Counted from the stretch's first letter, positions 27,801 through 35,124 are shown. The stretch: DNA of 40,199 nt from Candidatus Micrarchaeota archaeon (GCA_013425375.1 JACCLH010000004.1:1-40199); one strand, 5' to 3'. Notes: generated by a model not told the origin, from the letters alone. Translations and numbers: made by a program.

Positions 27801-27995
27801 ATTCTCGGACGACAGATCCTTCGCCATGACGAGGCCCTTGGAAGTGAAAACAAGCGAATCGCCGGATATGCATTTTCCAGAGCCGGTCGGCGCGCTGGCC
27901 ATGAAAAGCTTCCGCTCGCTGAGCGCATTGTAGATGTCGTCCATCAGCTCTTTCTGGAATGGACGCACCCGCTCGTGGCGGAAATAGATGACCAT
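24834..27995 (-). CDS. XPD/Rad3/DinG Fe-S helicase precursor with an intein
   Basis: RPFQ, APTGSGK[intein]S, Fe-S cysteines (CPY), IDEAHNL, MSGTL, FFPSY, SEGVD, QAAGRARR motifs. Confidence 0.92.
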   Translation of the reverse strand: MVIYFRHERVRPFQKELMDDIYNALSERKLFMASAPTGSGKCISGDSLVFTSKGLVMAKDLSSENVNSISETHTLSLKRGFMVKVGKEKICRIQSRHGYEIKSTYSHKFLTPCGWKKAENLKLGEKIATVRRLIVTPRSPQRFGFEPTSPHATNVKRYAIRLTKNISYLVGAFIGDGSFNSRIRIRFTLKSPEIIERISMAMSELGLTLKRYGTSDYHVDSVVLKKFLEKYGSPDVRIGRKGGKCAHVYVPNEIMVSPQSIFAEFLSGLFDTDGYVEKSNSICLTTKSERLVRTLKFGLLRFGIISQMGKKANRRYGTYFILRISDRLSLVQFEKFIGFTVSYKKSRLRAILASLKNKKTNPNIDTFEIDSAFLLELRKQVPWGNKLYDSLCEYLVGNKKPTRYTLDLLIKFLKKNKCRNEYPSRLEAILNSDILWDDIVEIQNMPEEEVFDFSVPAAKNFVAEGIIAHNSDAALSSAITYALENDLTVFFLTPKISQHKIALEVVKGIAEKHPQLKLRAVDIVGRSHCCIDDNISRLDHDAFQTLCSKKRKNKECMYYGNARGYNRIQEAKASSTFRVVLEQYGVAQSHHDLIKIGREYCSCPYEWLLRLGEESNVIIADYHHLMNPHIRDIFLGKVKKRIEDSIIIIDEAHNLAQRVRDSLSSRIGTFTFSRMAKEMRFLGLDAGPVKEEFELWGASMLPKEEERIIAAKSFELFIEKFGLGMDEAANRLAEAGYDFVEKTGKKSACLKLAGFFTEWGDSSHECVRVLRRRGTTHLLSKSLLDPSPATRILNHCASAVLMSGTLIPLEMHRDILGLDKERTVMRTYPSPFDRRNTTNIITNNLTTKYSRRGMEEYTAIADKTDRIISRTPGGTAVFFPSYKVMDSVLPLMRSRNLLVQKLGMRPYETRQLLKDFKDGGTLCGVQGGSLSEGVDYCEGEIKTVVIVGVALEEMGVETQALIDYYDEKFGRGWDYGYLYPGTIKALQAAGRARRKESDRVAVVYMDERFQWSKYSWILNKQERIVITDTPEEEVGRFWEKHAIHSEIRPEKAR
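26586..27872 (-). mobile_element. Intein (429 aa) with LAGLIDADG homing endonuclease
   Basis: Starts CISGD, block B TYSHKF, LAGLIDADG-like YLVGAFIGDG and FLSGLFDTDG, ends VFDFSV...IIAHN|S; visibly more AT-rich than the host gene. Confidence 0.95.
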
Positions 27996-28045
27996 GATGT
28001 GAATGGGTTGCAGAGGATTTTAAGCTGGACGGCACCTCATTTCCG

Positions 28046-28095
28046 CAGCAAACGGCGACCCGTTTGCTGGGTCACATGAACGGTTCGCCGTTCAT
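28046..28095. promoter_or_regulatory. Twin perfect inverted repeats in the divergent XPD/metallophosphoesterase intergenic region
   Basis: CAGCAAACGG-CGAC-CCGTTTGCTG and ATGAACGG-TTCG-CCGTTCAT. Confidence 0.5.
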
Positions 28096-28136
28096 TCAGG
28101 CCGCGGTCTTAAATATATTGGCGGCGAAAGCAATCC

Positions 28137-28853
28137 GTGAAGTTCCTCTACAATGCTCCTGCCATATTGCACAAGGGCGCCATAATAGTCGGCGACACAC
28201 ATTTCGGCATGGAAGATAAGCTCAGGAGGAAGGGCATATACGATGAGGAATTCAGCCTCAGGCTTTTCTCCAGACTGAAGGGGCTGATAGTCTCCCACAA
28301 AGCGAAGAAGCTGATTCTGCTTGGCGATGTCAAGGAAGACATAACCATGCTGGACAAACGAACCGAAGATATCCTGGCGAAGCTCTCCATGCTTTGTGAA
28401 ATAACTATAGTACGCGGGAATCATGATGGAGGCATAGAGCATTGCGCCAACGCTGAGATTGCCAAGGCTGAAGGATTCGCATATGAGGGACTCGGACTTA
28501 TCCACGGCCACTCCTGGCCTTCAGATGATGTCATGGCATGCGGTCATGTCATTGCCGGGCATCAGCATCCCCTTATCACCATGACAGATGCATTCGGAAG
28601 GAAGCGCAGCGAGCCGGTGTGGGTGATGGCGCCGCCAGACGCGGAACGCATCGCTGAGCGTTATAAAAAGTTCAACAAAAAGATAAAGCTCGTACTCATG
28701 CCAGCATTCAACCCGCTTGTCGGTTCCACTATAAATCACGACGAAAAAGAGCGTCTCGGACCGCTTCTTAACAACAATCTATTTAAACTCAACCATGCTA
28801 TAGTATTCCGTCTGGACGGAACCTGTCTAGGAGAACTCAAAAACATCCATTGA
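28137..28853 (+). CDS. Calcineurin-like metallophosphoesterase
   Basis: GDTHFG, LGD, GNHD, HGH, GHQHP, MPAFN motifs. Confidence 0.9.
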   Translation: MKFLYNAPAILHKGAIIVGDTHFGMEDKLRRKGIYDEEFSLRLFSRLKGLIVSHKAKKLILLGDVKEDITMLDKRTEDILAKLSMLCEITIVRGNHDGGIEHCANAEIAKAEGFAYEGLGLIHGHSWPSDDVMACGHVIAGHQHPLITMTDAFGRKRSEPVWVMAPPDAERIAERYKKFNKKIKLVLMPAFNPLVGSTINHDEKERLGPLLNNNLFKLNHAIVFRLDGTCLGELKNIH

Positions 28854-28862
28854 GGCAGCCAT

Positions 28863-29114
28863 ATGAGCGGAAACCGGAGAGGAAGACAGAAGCTTGAGAC
28901 CTGCGCATCATGCGGCAGGGCGGTTCCACGCGGCAAGGCTGTCGAATACTCGAGCAGGACCCACTTTACCACTGATCTCAAGGAAGACAACGTGACATAT
29001 ACCGGTTTCATTGACCAGTACTATTGCATAAGCTGCGCCAAGCACAGGAAGATATTCGAGAAGCTGAAGCAGCAGGCGCAGAAGCGCAAAGAAAAGAGGG
29101 AAGCCTATGGATGA
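28863..29114 (+). CDS. rps26e: 30S ribosomal protein S26e (eS26)
   Basis: CASCGRAVPRGKAV and YYCISCAKHRKI zinc-ligand motifs. Confidence 0.85.
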   Translation: MSGNRRGRQKLETCASCGRAVPRGKAVEYSSRTHFTTDLKEDNVTYTGFIDQYYCISCAKHRKIFEKLKQQAQKRKEKREAYG

Positions 29115-29394
29115 AATCTGCTTCGATGGTAAGAAGTACGTTGCTTTGAAGCAGGACATCGGAAATCTCCCTTTGATCGTTGTGAAGGCAAAGAAAGGAT
29201 ATATCGCCTGCAGCTACATAGACAAGGCGACCGCCGAGAAGGTTGGGGATATCGCTGCCTTTGTCTCTGGAGTCAAGAGCCTTGAGGACCTCAAGAAGGC
29301 CAAGATACGGGAAACGACTACTTGGGCCGAGGACCTTGGCATAAGGGAAGGCATGAGCGTCAAGAAGGCTTTGGAGCTCATGGACGTACTCTGA
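29107..29394 (+). CDS. DUF1805/YunC family protein
   Basis: GYIACSY, AAFVSGVK, AEDLGI..GM....AL motifs. Confidence 0.85.
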   Translation: MDEICFDGKKYVALKQDIGNLPLIVVKAKKGYIACSYIDKATAEKVGDIAAFVSGVKSLEDLKKAKIRETTTWAEDLGIREGMSVKKALELMDVL

Positions 29395-29935
29395 TTCTCA
29401 AAGAGCCCAACAGGAGCAGCGGGAGCAAGTAGACTATGGCGCAGATGTTGTCGCTCTTCCCCCAGTAGTTCTGCGGTGAAGTCTGGTATAGGCGGTTCAC
29501 ATCGTCTATGCACACGTCCTGGTTGACCACACCGCCCAGGAGCCCGGTGTCCACCTGCTGGCCAACGCTGCGCGCGAATATCAGCCTGCACATATCCTCA
29601 GCCTCGTTTGGTTTCGTGCGCGCGATTATCTTAGCCACATCGAAAAAGCAGTTGTTGGTTATGAGTTCGGCCTTTTTCGGGATGTCTGTGTCTGCAAAGG
29701 CCGGATCGCTACTGTATTTATCCCATATGTGCAGGCAGGCGTTGCGTGCTCCTATGACATTGCCCATATAGGCGCTTGTGATGGCAGCCGCATGGTAGCA
29801 GGTCATGTATTCTGCAGGGCGGATTACCTTGGGATCAGAATCGCAGCTGGCCACGGTCCTGAGGCCAAGCGCCGGGTTGTTGACGGTCCAGGCGAACGGG
29901 AGCAGCAAGATGAATAGAACGATAAGCCTTTTCAC
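29378..29935 (-). CDS. Secreted Cys-rich hypothetical protein with a C-terminal membrane anchor
   Basis: N-terminal signal peptide, several cysteines, C-terminal CAIVYLLPLLLLGSLRIR. Confidence 0.75.
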   Translation of the reverse strand: MKRLIVLFILLLPFAWTVNNPALGLRTVASCDSDPKVIRPAEYMTCYHAAAITSAYMGNVIGARNACLHIWDKYSSDPAFADTDIPKKAELITNNCFFDVAKIIARTKPNEAEDMCRLIFARSVGQQVDTGLLGGVVNQDVCIDDVNRLYQTSPQNYWGKSDNICAIVYLLPLLLLGSLRIRVRP

Positions 29936-30495
29936 GCCGACCCCTTCTCTGCATAGGGTTTGAGGAGCTTCTTGGCCTTGGCCAGGACTATCTTTATGTC
30001 CTTCTCGTTCTTGGCGCCGGCGCAGATGACCTTTCCGTTCTTGAACAGGAGAAGGGATGCCTTGGGCTCCTTGAACTTGAGGATGGCGCCAGGGAACTGC
30101 TCTGGCTCGTATTCCACGTCCTTTATCTTGGAGGCGATCTTGTAGAGGTCCAGCTCAAGCCCCAGCGCTGCTGAGGCCACGATGTTGGTTATCTCTATCT
30201 TGGGCTTCTTGGTCTTGGTTATCCTCTTGGCATACGGCGTGAGCATCTTTATGGTCTTCTGGATGGTCTTCTCGATCATATCTCTTCTCTTGCACCCGAC
30301 GCAGACCACCTTTCCGTTCTTGAACAGGAGAAGGGATGCCTTGGGCTCCTTGAACTTGAGGATGGCGCCAGGGAACTGCTCTGGCTCGTACTCTATCTCC
30401 GGAATCTTGCTCGCCAGCGCGTAAAGGTCCAGCTCAAGCCCCAGCGCTGCTGAGGCCACCATGTTCGTTATCACAAATTGGGGCGGTTTTGCCAA
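29932..30495 (-). CDS. tbp: TATA-box binding protein
   Basis: Two N.VAS...YEPEQFPG...LLF..GK..C.G repeats; TTG start with AGGTGA RBS. Confidence 0.97.
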   Translation of the reverse strand: MAKPPQFVITNMVASAALGLELDLYALASKIPEIEYEPEQFPGAILKFKEPKASLLLFKNGKVVCVGCKRRDMIEKTIQKTIKMLTPYAKRITKTKKPKIEITNIVASAALGLELDLYKIASKIKDVEYEPEQFPGAILKFKEPKASLLLFKNGKVICAGAKNEKDIKIVLAKAKKLLKPYAEKGSA

Positions 30496-30597
30496 GATAT
30501 CACCTGTTTAAAAATGCGTTATCCTTTATAAAGGAAGCAATTGTTTAAAAAGACTTTCTCTTAATCTTCCTCATAAAACTAATTTCTCGTGATTGAT

Positions 30598-30873
30598 ATG
30601 GTCAAATCTTCAAGAGGCTCAATGAGCAGAAAGACCCGCAAATTGAAGGGCAGGACGGGCGTCACCGTGGCCCAGCAGATCCGCACATTCAATATAGGCG
30701 ATAAGGTGGTCATAAACCCCTGCGCCAGGCCAGGAGGGCGTCCCCACCTGAGGTATTCGGGGAGGCATGGCATTATAAAGGAAAGGAGAGGCAACAGCTA
30801 CGTGGTGGAGGTCGGCGATATGGGCAGCAGGAAGTCTGTCATAGCCGGGCCGGTCCATCTCAAGCTTGCTTGA
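30598..30873 (+). CDS. rpl21e: 50S ribosomal protein L21e
   Basis: F.IGDKV.I, G.PH.RY.GR.G, P.HLK motifs; syntenic with rpoF and DUF655. Confidence 0.93.
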   Translation: MVKSSRGSMSRKTRKLKGRTGVTVAQQIRTFNIGDKVVINPCARPGGRPHLRYSGRHGIIKERRGNSYVVEVGDMGSRKSVIAGPVHLKLA

Positions 30874-30885
30874 AGGGTGGTAAGG

Positions 30886-31203
30886 ATGGAGGTCAAATCT
30901 TCTAGAGGGGCGTCGCTCAGCGAGGCCAAAGAGATACTCGCCAAAAGGAAGGAAGAGAGCGAGATGGGTTACGAGCAGACCCAGGCCCTGGACAACAGCG
31001 AGCGTTTCTCAAAAACAGAGGCCGCCAAAGCAGCCAAGCTGGCTGAGGCCCTGGTGAAGAAGGGCAAGCTGGGCGAAGAGGCCGCCATAAAGATTGTGGA
31101 TATCCGCCCGGAGAACGCGGCGACCGTAAAGGCGATACTGCTCAAAGAGAGGATAGAGCTCACCGATGAGGAGATAGAGGCCATACTGAAGGAAGTCTCT
31201 TAG
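30886..31203 (+). CDS. rpoF: RNA polymerase subunit F (Rpo4)
   Basis: L.EAK.IL, YEQ..AL, KIVDI.P motifs; conserved rpl21e-rpoF-DUF655 order. Confidence 0.88.
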   Translation: MEVKSSRGASLSEAKEILAKRKEESEMGYEQTQALDNSERFSKTEAAKAAKLAEALVKKGKLGEEAAIKIVDIRPENAATVKAILLKERIELTDEEIEAILKEVS

Positions 31204-31206
31204 GAG

Positions 31207-31776
31207 ATGGCTATGGAAGACTACGCTTGGGTCATCGAGTATCTGCCTGCAGGCCATGCGGAAGCGTTGCGGAGGGAGCCGGTCGTGCAGCTGCTGGGCA
31301 CCAGGTTCTTCACGCTTCTGGAGGCCACAGTCAGTCCGACCGCCAGCATAGTCATCGGCCAGAAGGTCTGCGTCGGCAAGGAGGGAAGGCAGGAGGTCTC
31401 CCACATCAGGGGAAGGATAAAGTACGATGACCTGACCAACGGGGCCAGGGAATTCCTGCCGGTGATGATCAAGAGAGCCGTGGGCGAGAGGGAAACCGAC
31501 TTCGTCGGCTTCATCAACAACGCCAGGCCCATATCCATAAGGGTGCACACGCTCGATTTACTGCCGGGCATCGGCAAGAAGAACATGGAGTCCCTGCTCA
31601 AGGAGAGGGAGGCCAAGCCGTTCGAATCCCTTACGGACATACATACAAGGGTGCCGACCTTGGCTGACCCGGTGGGTGTGTTCGTGCACAGGATAATGAG
31701 CGAGCTCCAGGGAAACGAAAAATACTACCTTTTCACCAAGCCGCCTTTCGTTCCGAGGCCTGGCGGAAGGTACTAG
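31207..31776 (+). CDS. DUF655 family putative RNA-binding protein
   Basis: FTLLE, H.L.LLPGIGKK helix-hairpin-helix, KYYLF motifs. Confidence 0.92.
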   Translation: MAMEDYAWVIEYLPAGHAEALRREPVVQLLGTRFFTLLEATVSPTASIVIGQKVCVGKEGRQEVSHIRGRIKYDDLTNGAREFLPVMIKRAVGERETDFVGFINNARPISIRVHTLDLLPGIGKKNMESLLKEREAKPFESLTDIHTRVPTLADPVGVFVHRIMSELQGNEKYYLFTKPPFVPRPGGRY

Positions 31777-31810
31777 TTATCAGGCGCCTACGGTGCAGAA
31801 GGAAGAGGCC

Positions 31811-32722
31811 CTACCGGAAACTGTCTATGGGCGCCAGGCAGTCCGAGAGGGCATCAGCCATCTCCTCAGCATCCTGGAAGCGTTTTTCTGGTTCCTTTGC
31901 CAGTGCCGAGGCAACCACATAAGACAGCCTTTTCGGTATGGTGGGGTTGCGCATGTGGAGCGGGACCGCTTCCTGGGAGCGGTGCGCCTGGAAGCAGTTT
32001 TCTCTCTCGTTCTCGCCTTCTTTGAATGTGTAGGGATACCAGCCTGAGAGGAATACATAGAGCACCACGCCTAGCGCATAGATGTCCGCCCGATGGTCCA
32101 CACGCTGCTTCGGATATGTCTGCTCAGGTGCCATGAACATTGGCGTGCCTACCGGAATGTCGACGCGCATGGCGAAATCCTCCATGCCGGGCAGGATAGC
32201 ATAACCGAAGTCTGTGAGGCTGATGGACTTGAAGTCGTGCTTAAGCACTATGTTTGATGGCTTCAGGTCCCGGTAGACTATGCCTGCTTTATGCAGCGTG
32301 GCTAGCACCCCACATACGCTTATGGAAAGCATAATGGCAGTGCGGCGGTCGCGGACGTTATTAAGGGCAAACGGCAGCCCGTCCATGAATTGCTCGGCTA
32401 CGTAGGGATCCGACCCTAGCGAGGCGGATATTATCCTTGGTATGCCTGGGTGGCCTGCATCCTGCATGAGCAACAGGGCCTGGTTTTCGGTCTGGAGCGT
32501 ATAGCGACTGTTTTTGTTCTCCAGCATGTCCCACCGCAGCCTTTTGAGCGCGACCATGTGGCCGGTGCTTTTGTCTTTCGCCAGATGGACAAGACATACG
32601 GCCCCGCATCCAATTTCCTGGAGGGGCTGGAACCTGCCGTCTATGACATCGAAAAGGCGGCGCTCCTTCGGCTCGTGATGTGTATGCAGCGGCATGCGTG
32701 TGACAATTTGCGGATTCATCAT
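31811..32722 (-). CDS. Hanks-type Ser/Thr protein kinase (catalytic domain only)
   Basis: GCGAVC.V, VALK, YRDLKPSN, DFG, GTPMFMAPE, DIYALG motifs; start re-placed at 32722 (TATA at 32750). Confidence 0.9.
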   Translation of the reverse strand: MMNPQIVTRMPLHTHHEPKERRLFDVIDGRFQPLQEIGCGAVCLVHLAKDKSTGHMVALKRLRWDMLENKNSRYTLQTENQALLLMQDAGHPGIPRIISASLGSDPYVAEQFMDGLPFALNNVRDRRTAIMLSISVCGVLATLHKAGIVYRDLKPSNIVLKHDFKSISLTDFGYAILPGMEDFAMRVDIPVGTPMFMAPEQTYPKQRVDHRADIYALGVVLYVFLSGWYPYTFKEGENERENCFQAHRSQEAVPLHMRNPTIPKRLSYVVASALAKEPEKRFQDAEEMADALSDCLAPIDSFR

Positions 32723-32871
32723 ACTGATTAACGTCAGAAAAGGATTTAAACCCATGTAAAAACATGATTTGCGACCAAAATTGAAGACTGGGGGCTGCAG
32801 GCAGGAGAAATTTTTAGCCCGCACCGGACTAACGCTTCTGATAAAATTAAATGAGCAGATTAAGAACAACC

Positions 32872-33030
32872 GGGGGGGTTGGAACCCTCAAGGGGGCAAA
32901 GAAGAAGGATGGGGGTATTGCCCCCTTATGGGAATGGGCCCGTTGTGGACGGCGTTCCGTCCACTTCGTTCCCAATTCCGCCTGAGGCAAAACTCAGGAC
33001 TGGAAACTGGAGACCGAAAGCGGAATTGGG
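32872..33030. ncRNA. Candidate structured RNA or repeat element abutting the tRNA-Val 3' end
   Basis: At least five GC-rich stems in 160 nt, e.g. AAGGGGGCAA/TTGCCCCCTT, GTGGACGG/CCGTCCAC, CCCAATTCCGC/GCGGAATTGGG. Confidence 0.35.
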
Positions 33031-33148
33031 CCCGCCCAGGATCGAACTGGGTATCTTTCGCGCTCTTAGCGAGAGTGCCTTGAACGAAGCGCCGCTCAAG
33101 CAACATTTCCCTTGTAAGGCGAACGTCTTACCGGTCGACTACAGGCCC
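33027..33148 (-). tRNA. tRNA-Val(TAC) with canonical 37/38 intron (33063-33112)
   Basis: GGGCCTG/CGGGCCC acceptor, TTCGC-CT TAC AC-GCGAA arm after removing 50 nt; perfect BHB helix CTTA/TAAG. Confidence 0.92.
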
Positions 33149-33162
33149 GACAAGGTGACTTT

Positions 33163-33690
33163 TCATCCTTCTGTTTTTAACAGCTTCTGGCAGTTTTTGC
33201 AGAACCCCGCTCCTTTATTGTCAACATCCGCGAGGGAATTCGAGAACACCATCACGCATTTTTTATCGTCGCAGTGGGGCATGCCGAGCGTGTGGCCGAG
33301 CTCGTGGATTATCTCCTTCAGGATGCGCTCCTTGAACAGCGCGCCTGCCTTCTTGCCGTCATCCACCTTGCCGTAGAATCTCGGGTCAAGGCGCGCGGTG
33401 GCCACAACACACGCGTCTTCGCTCGCCAAACCAAAAACAAAATTCAGCGGACCGGAAAACATGTCCTCGCGGACGATGAAGACGGTCCTGGTCCCTGGCT
33501 CTGAGAGCCTGCCCATCTCCTTGAGGAACGCCTCCGCATCATACTGCTTCCGCCCGCTCCTGTAAGAGCGCGTCATGGGGAAGTCTATCAGCTCCAGGCT
33601 CACCGGCGATTTGAAGGCACGGCCGACCTTGTCCGCAATCTCATTGAAAGCCGGAACAGTCCTGCCGACAAGCACGAGCAGTATACGCAT
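33163..33690 (-). CDS. Archaemetzincin (peptidase M54)
   Basis: LNFVFGLA, HELGHTLGMPHC, CVM.FS, FC..C motifs. Confidence 0.92.
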   Translation of the reverse strand: MRILLVLVGRTVPAFNEIADKVGRAFKSPVSLELIDFPMTRSYRSGRKQYDAEAFLKEMGRLSEPGTRTVFIVREDMFSGPLNFVFGLASEDACVVATARLDPRFYGKVDDGKKAGALFKERILKEIIHELGHTLGMPHCDDKKCVMVFSNSLADVDNKGAGFCKNCQKLLKTEG

Positions 33691-33753
33691 GGGAAGGATA
33701 AGAAAGGGAAGAAAAATAAACAAAGGGTTTTTGGTAGAGCGCTCCAAAAAGCT

Positions 33754-35124
33754 TCAGACGTTGAAGTACTTCTGGAGCTCGAAACTGGTCACGCCCTTCA
33801 TGGACTCGCGGTGCTGTTTCAGCTTGAGGTCCAGGAAGTCGCCGAGCAGCTCGGCAGGGACAATGCCCTTTAGGAAGGCTGTGTCGCTCTCCAGCGCGGA
33901 TGCCGCTTCCAGCAGGCTGGATGGCAGCTCCTTCTCCACCCTCTTCTTCTTGCCCTGTGCCTCCATCGGGTCTCCAGGGTCTGCCTTCTTCTTTATGCCG
34001 TCAAGGCCTGCGGCGGCCACAAGGGCATGGGCAAGGTACGGATTGGCAGACGGGTCTGCACCTCTGTAAACGACCCTCTTGGTCTCCTTGATGTTCTTCT
34101 TGTTGTATGGCACATAGACCAGGGCACTCTTGTCTGAGCAGCTCCAGCCCATCTTAAGGCCTTCAGCAGCAAGCCTGCGGTAGGAATTGGGGAGCGGAGC
34201 GGTGAACAGCGAGAGCGCTGCCGCATGCTCCAGCAGACCGCCTGCGAAGTACCTGCCGGTCTGGCTGAGCTGGCCATAGGTTTCCTTGCCCTCGTAGAAG
34301 ACGTTCTGCTCGCTTGTCTTCCACAGGCTGACGGCGATGTTCAGGGAATTGCCCTTCTCGCCCTCCACAGGGTACGGCATGAAGCTGGCCGAGGCGCTCA
34401 CAGCCGTGGCCAGGTTCTTGGTTATGAACTTCAGGGTGTTGACCGCATCGCCTGCGGCTTTCAGGCTCCTCGGGCCCAGCTCGAACGTCTGCTGGGCAGT
34501 GGGCGACCTGCCGTGGCGGTGGGAATCCACCAGCACGCCGAAGCTGTCTTCCATCGTCTCGGCTATCTGCACCCTGGCCGAGTACATCGAATCCTGCGGT
34601 GTGGCTGCATAGGCGCCTGTTTCGTCGTTTGACATCGGCGACGGGCCCCACTTGGCTTCCCTGGAGTCCATTATCAGTCCGGTTCCGCGGCCGCGGTTGG
34701 TCTTGTCCGCAGTGGTGGTGTCGAATATGTAGCAGTCCACCTCGCTGCCGACAAGCGAGTTCTTTATGCCTGCGGCGCTCAGGTTGGTCTCCATCCTCTC
34801 GGCGACATACCGCGGGTCCTTGAGGAACCTCTCCTTCTTGAGGGATGCGACGATATCGCAGATGAGCCTCACTGTGGCCGGCTCCCATGGAAGCCTTGCC
34901 ATGGTGTCAGGGTCAGGCAGCAGGACCAGGTCGCCCTGCTCGGATGCGCCGAAAACCTCGCTCAGGTCTGCTGCGGCTATGCCGTTTCCGAAGGACGCCT
35001 CCTCGAGCTTCCTGTTGGAGATGCTGACACGGTGCATCACGCCCTTGATATCGAAGAACTGGAGGTCTATCCAGCGTATCTCATTCGTAGCGACATATTT
35101 CATCACATCATCGATTGCAGACAA
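33754..35124 (-). CDS. Glutamine synthetase type I homologue with a degenerate active site
   Basis: DLQFFDI.G, D..L.PD, DPR, ASFMP.P, NSYRRL, DPSANPYLA scaffold kept but catalytic motifs altered; TTG start with GAGGTGG RBS. Confidence 0.85.
   Translation of the reverse strand: MSAIDDVMKYVATNEIRWIDLQFFDIKGVMHRVSISNRKLEEASFGNGIAAADLSEVFGASEQGDLVLLPDPDTMARLPWEPATVRLICDIVASLKKERFLKDPRYVAERMETNLSAAGIKNSLVGSEVDCYIFDTTTADKTNRGRGTGLIMDSREAKWGPSPMSNDETGAYAATPQDSMYSARVQIAETMEDSFGVLVDSHRHGRSPTAQQTFELGPRSLKAAGDAVNTLKFITKNLATAVSASASFMPYPVEGEKGNSLNIAVSLWKTSEQNVFYEGKETYGQLSQTGRYFAGGLLEHAAALSLFTAPLPNSYRRLAAEGLKMGWSCSDKSALVYVPYNKKNIKETKRVVYRGADPSANPYLAHALVAAAGLDGIKKKADPGDPMEAQGKKKRVEKELPSSLLEAASALESDTAFLKGIVPAELLGDFLDLKLKQHRESMKGVTSFELQKYFNV

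Noticed and set aside
32723-32869. Extended N-termini from the ORF track (kinase; likewise glmU, pth2, archaemetzincin and the PLC-like gene)
   Set aside because: The extensions run through TATA boxes or intergenic tracts; downstream starts fit family N-termini or RBS/TATA spacing better.
32872-33030. Possible RNase P RNA or SRP RNA
   Set aside because: No GAGGAAAGUCC-type P4 signature or SRP helix-8 motif found, and the region is too short.
32769-33376. ORFs across the tRNA-Val region
   Set aside because: They overlap the tRNA, the structured element and the archaemetzincin gene, with no protein-like features.
33754-35124. Calling the GS homologue a pseudogene or a functional glnA
   Set aside because: The ORF is intact and full length, so it is not a pseudogene; the catalytic motifs are too altered to assign glnA.
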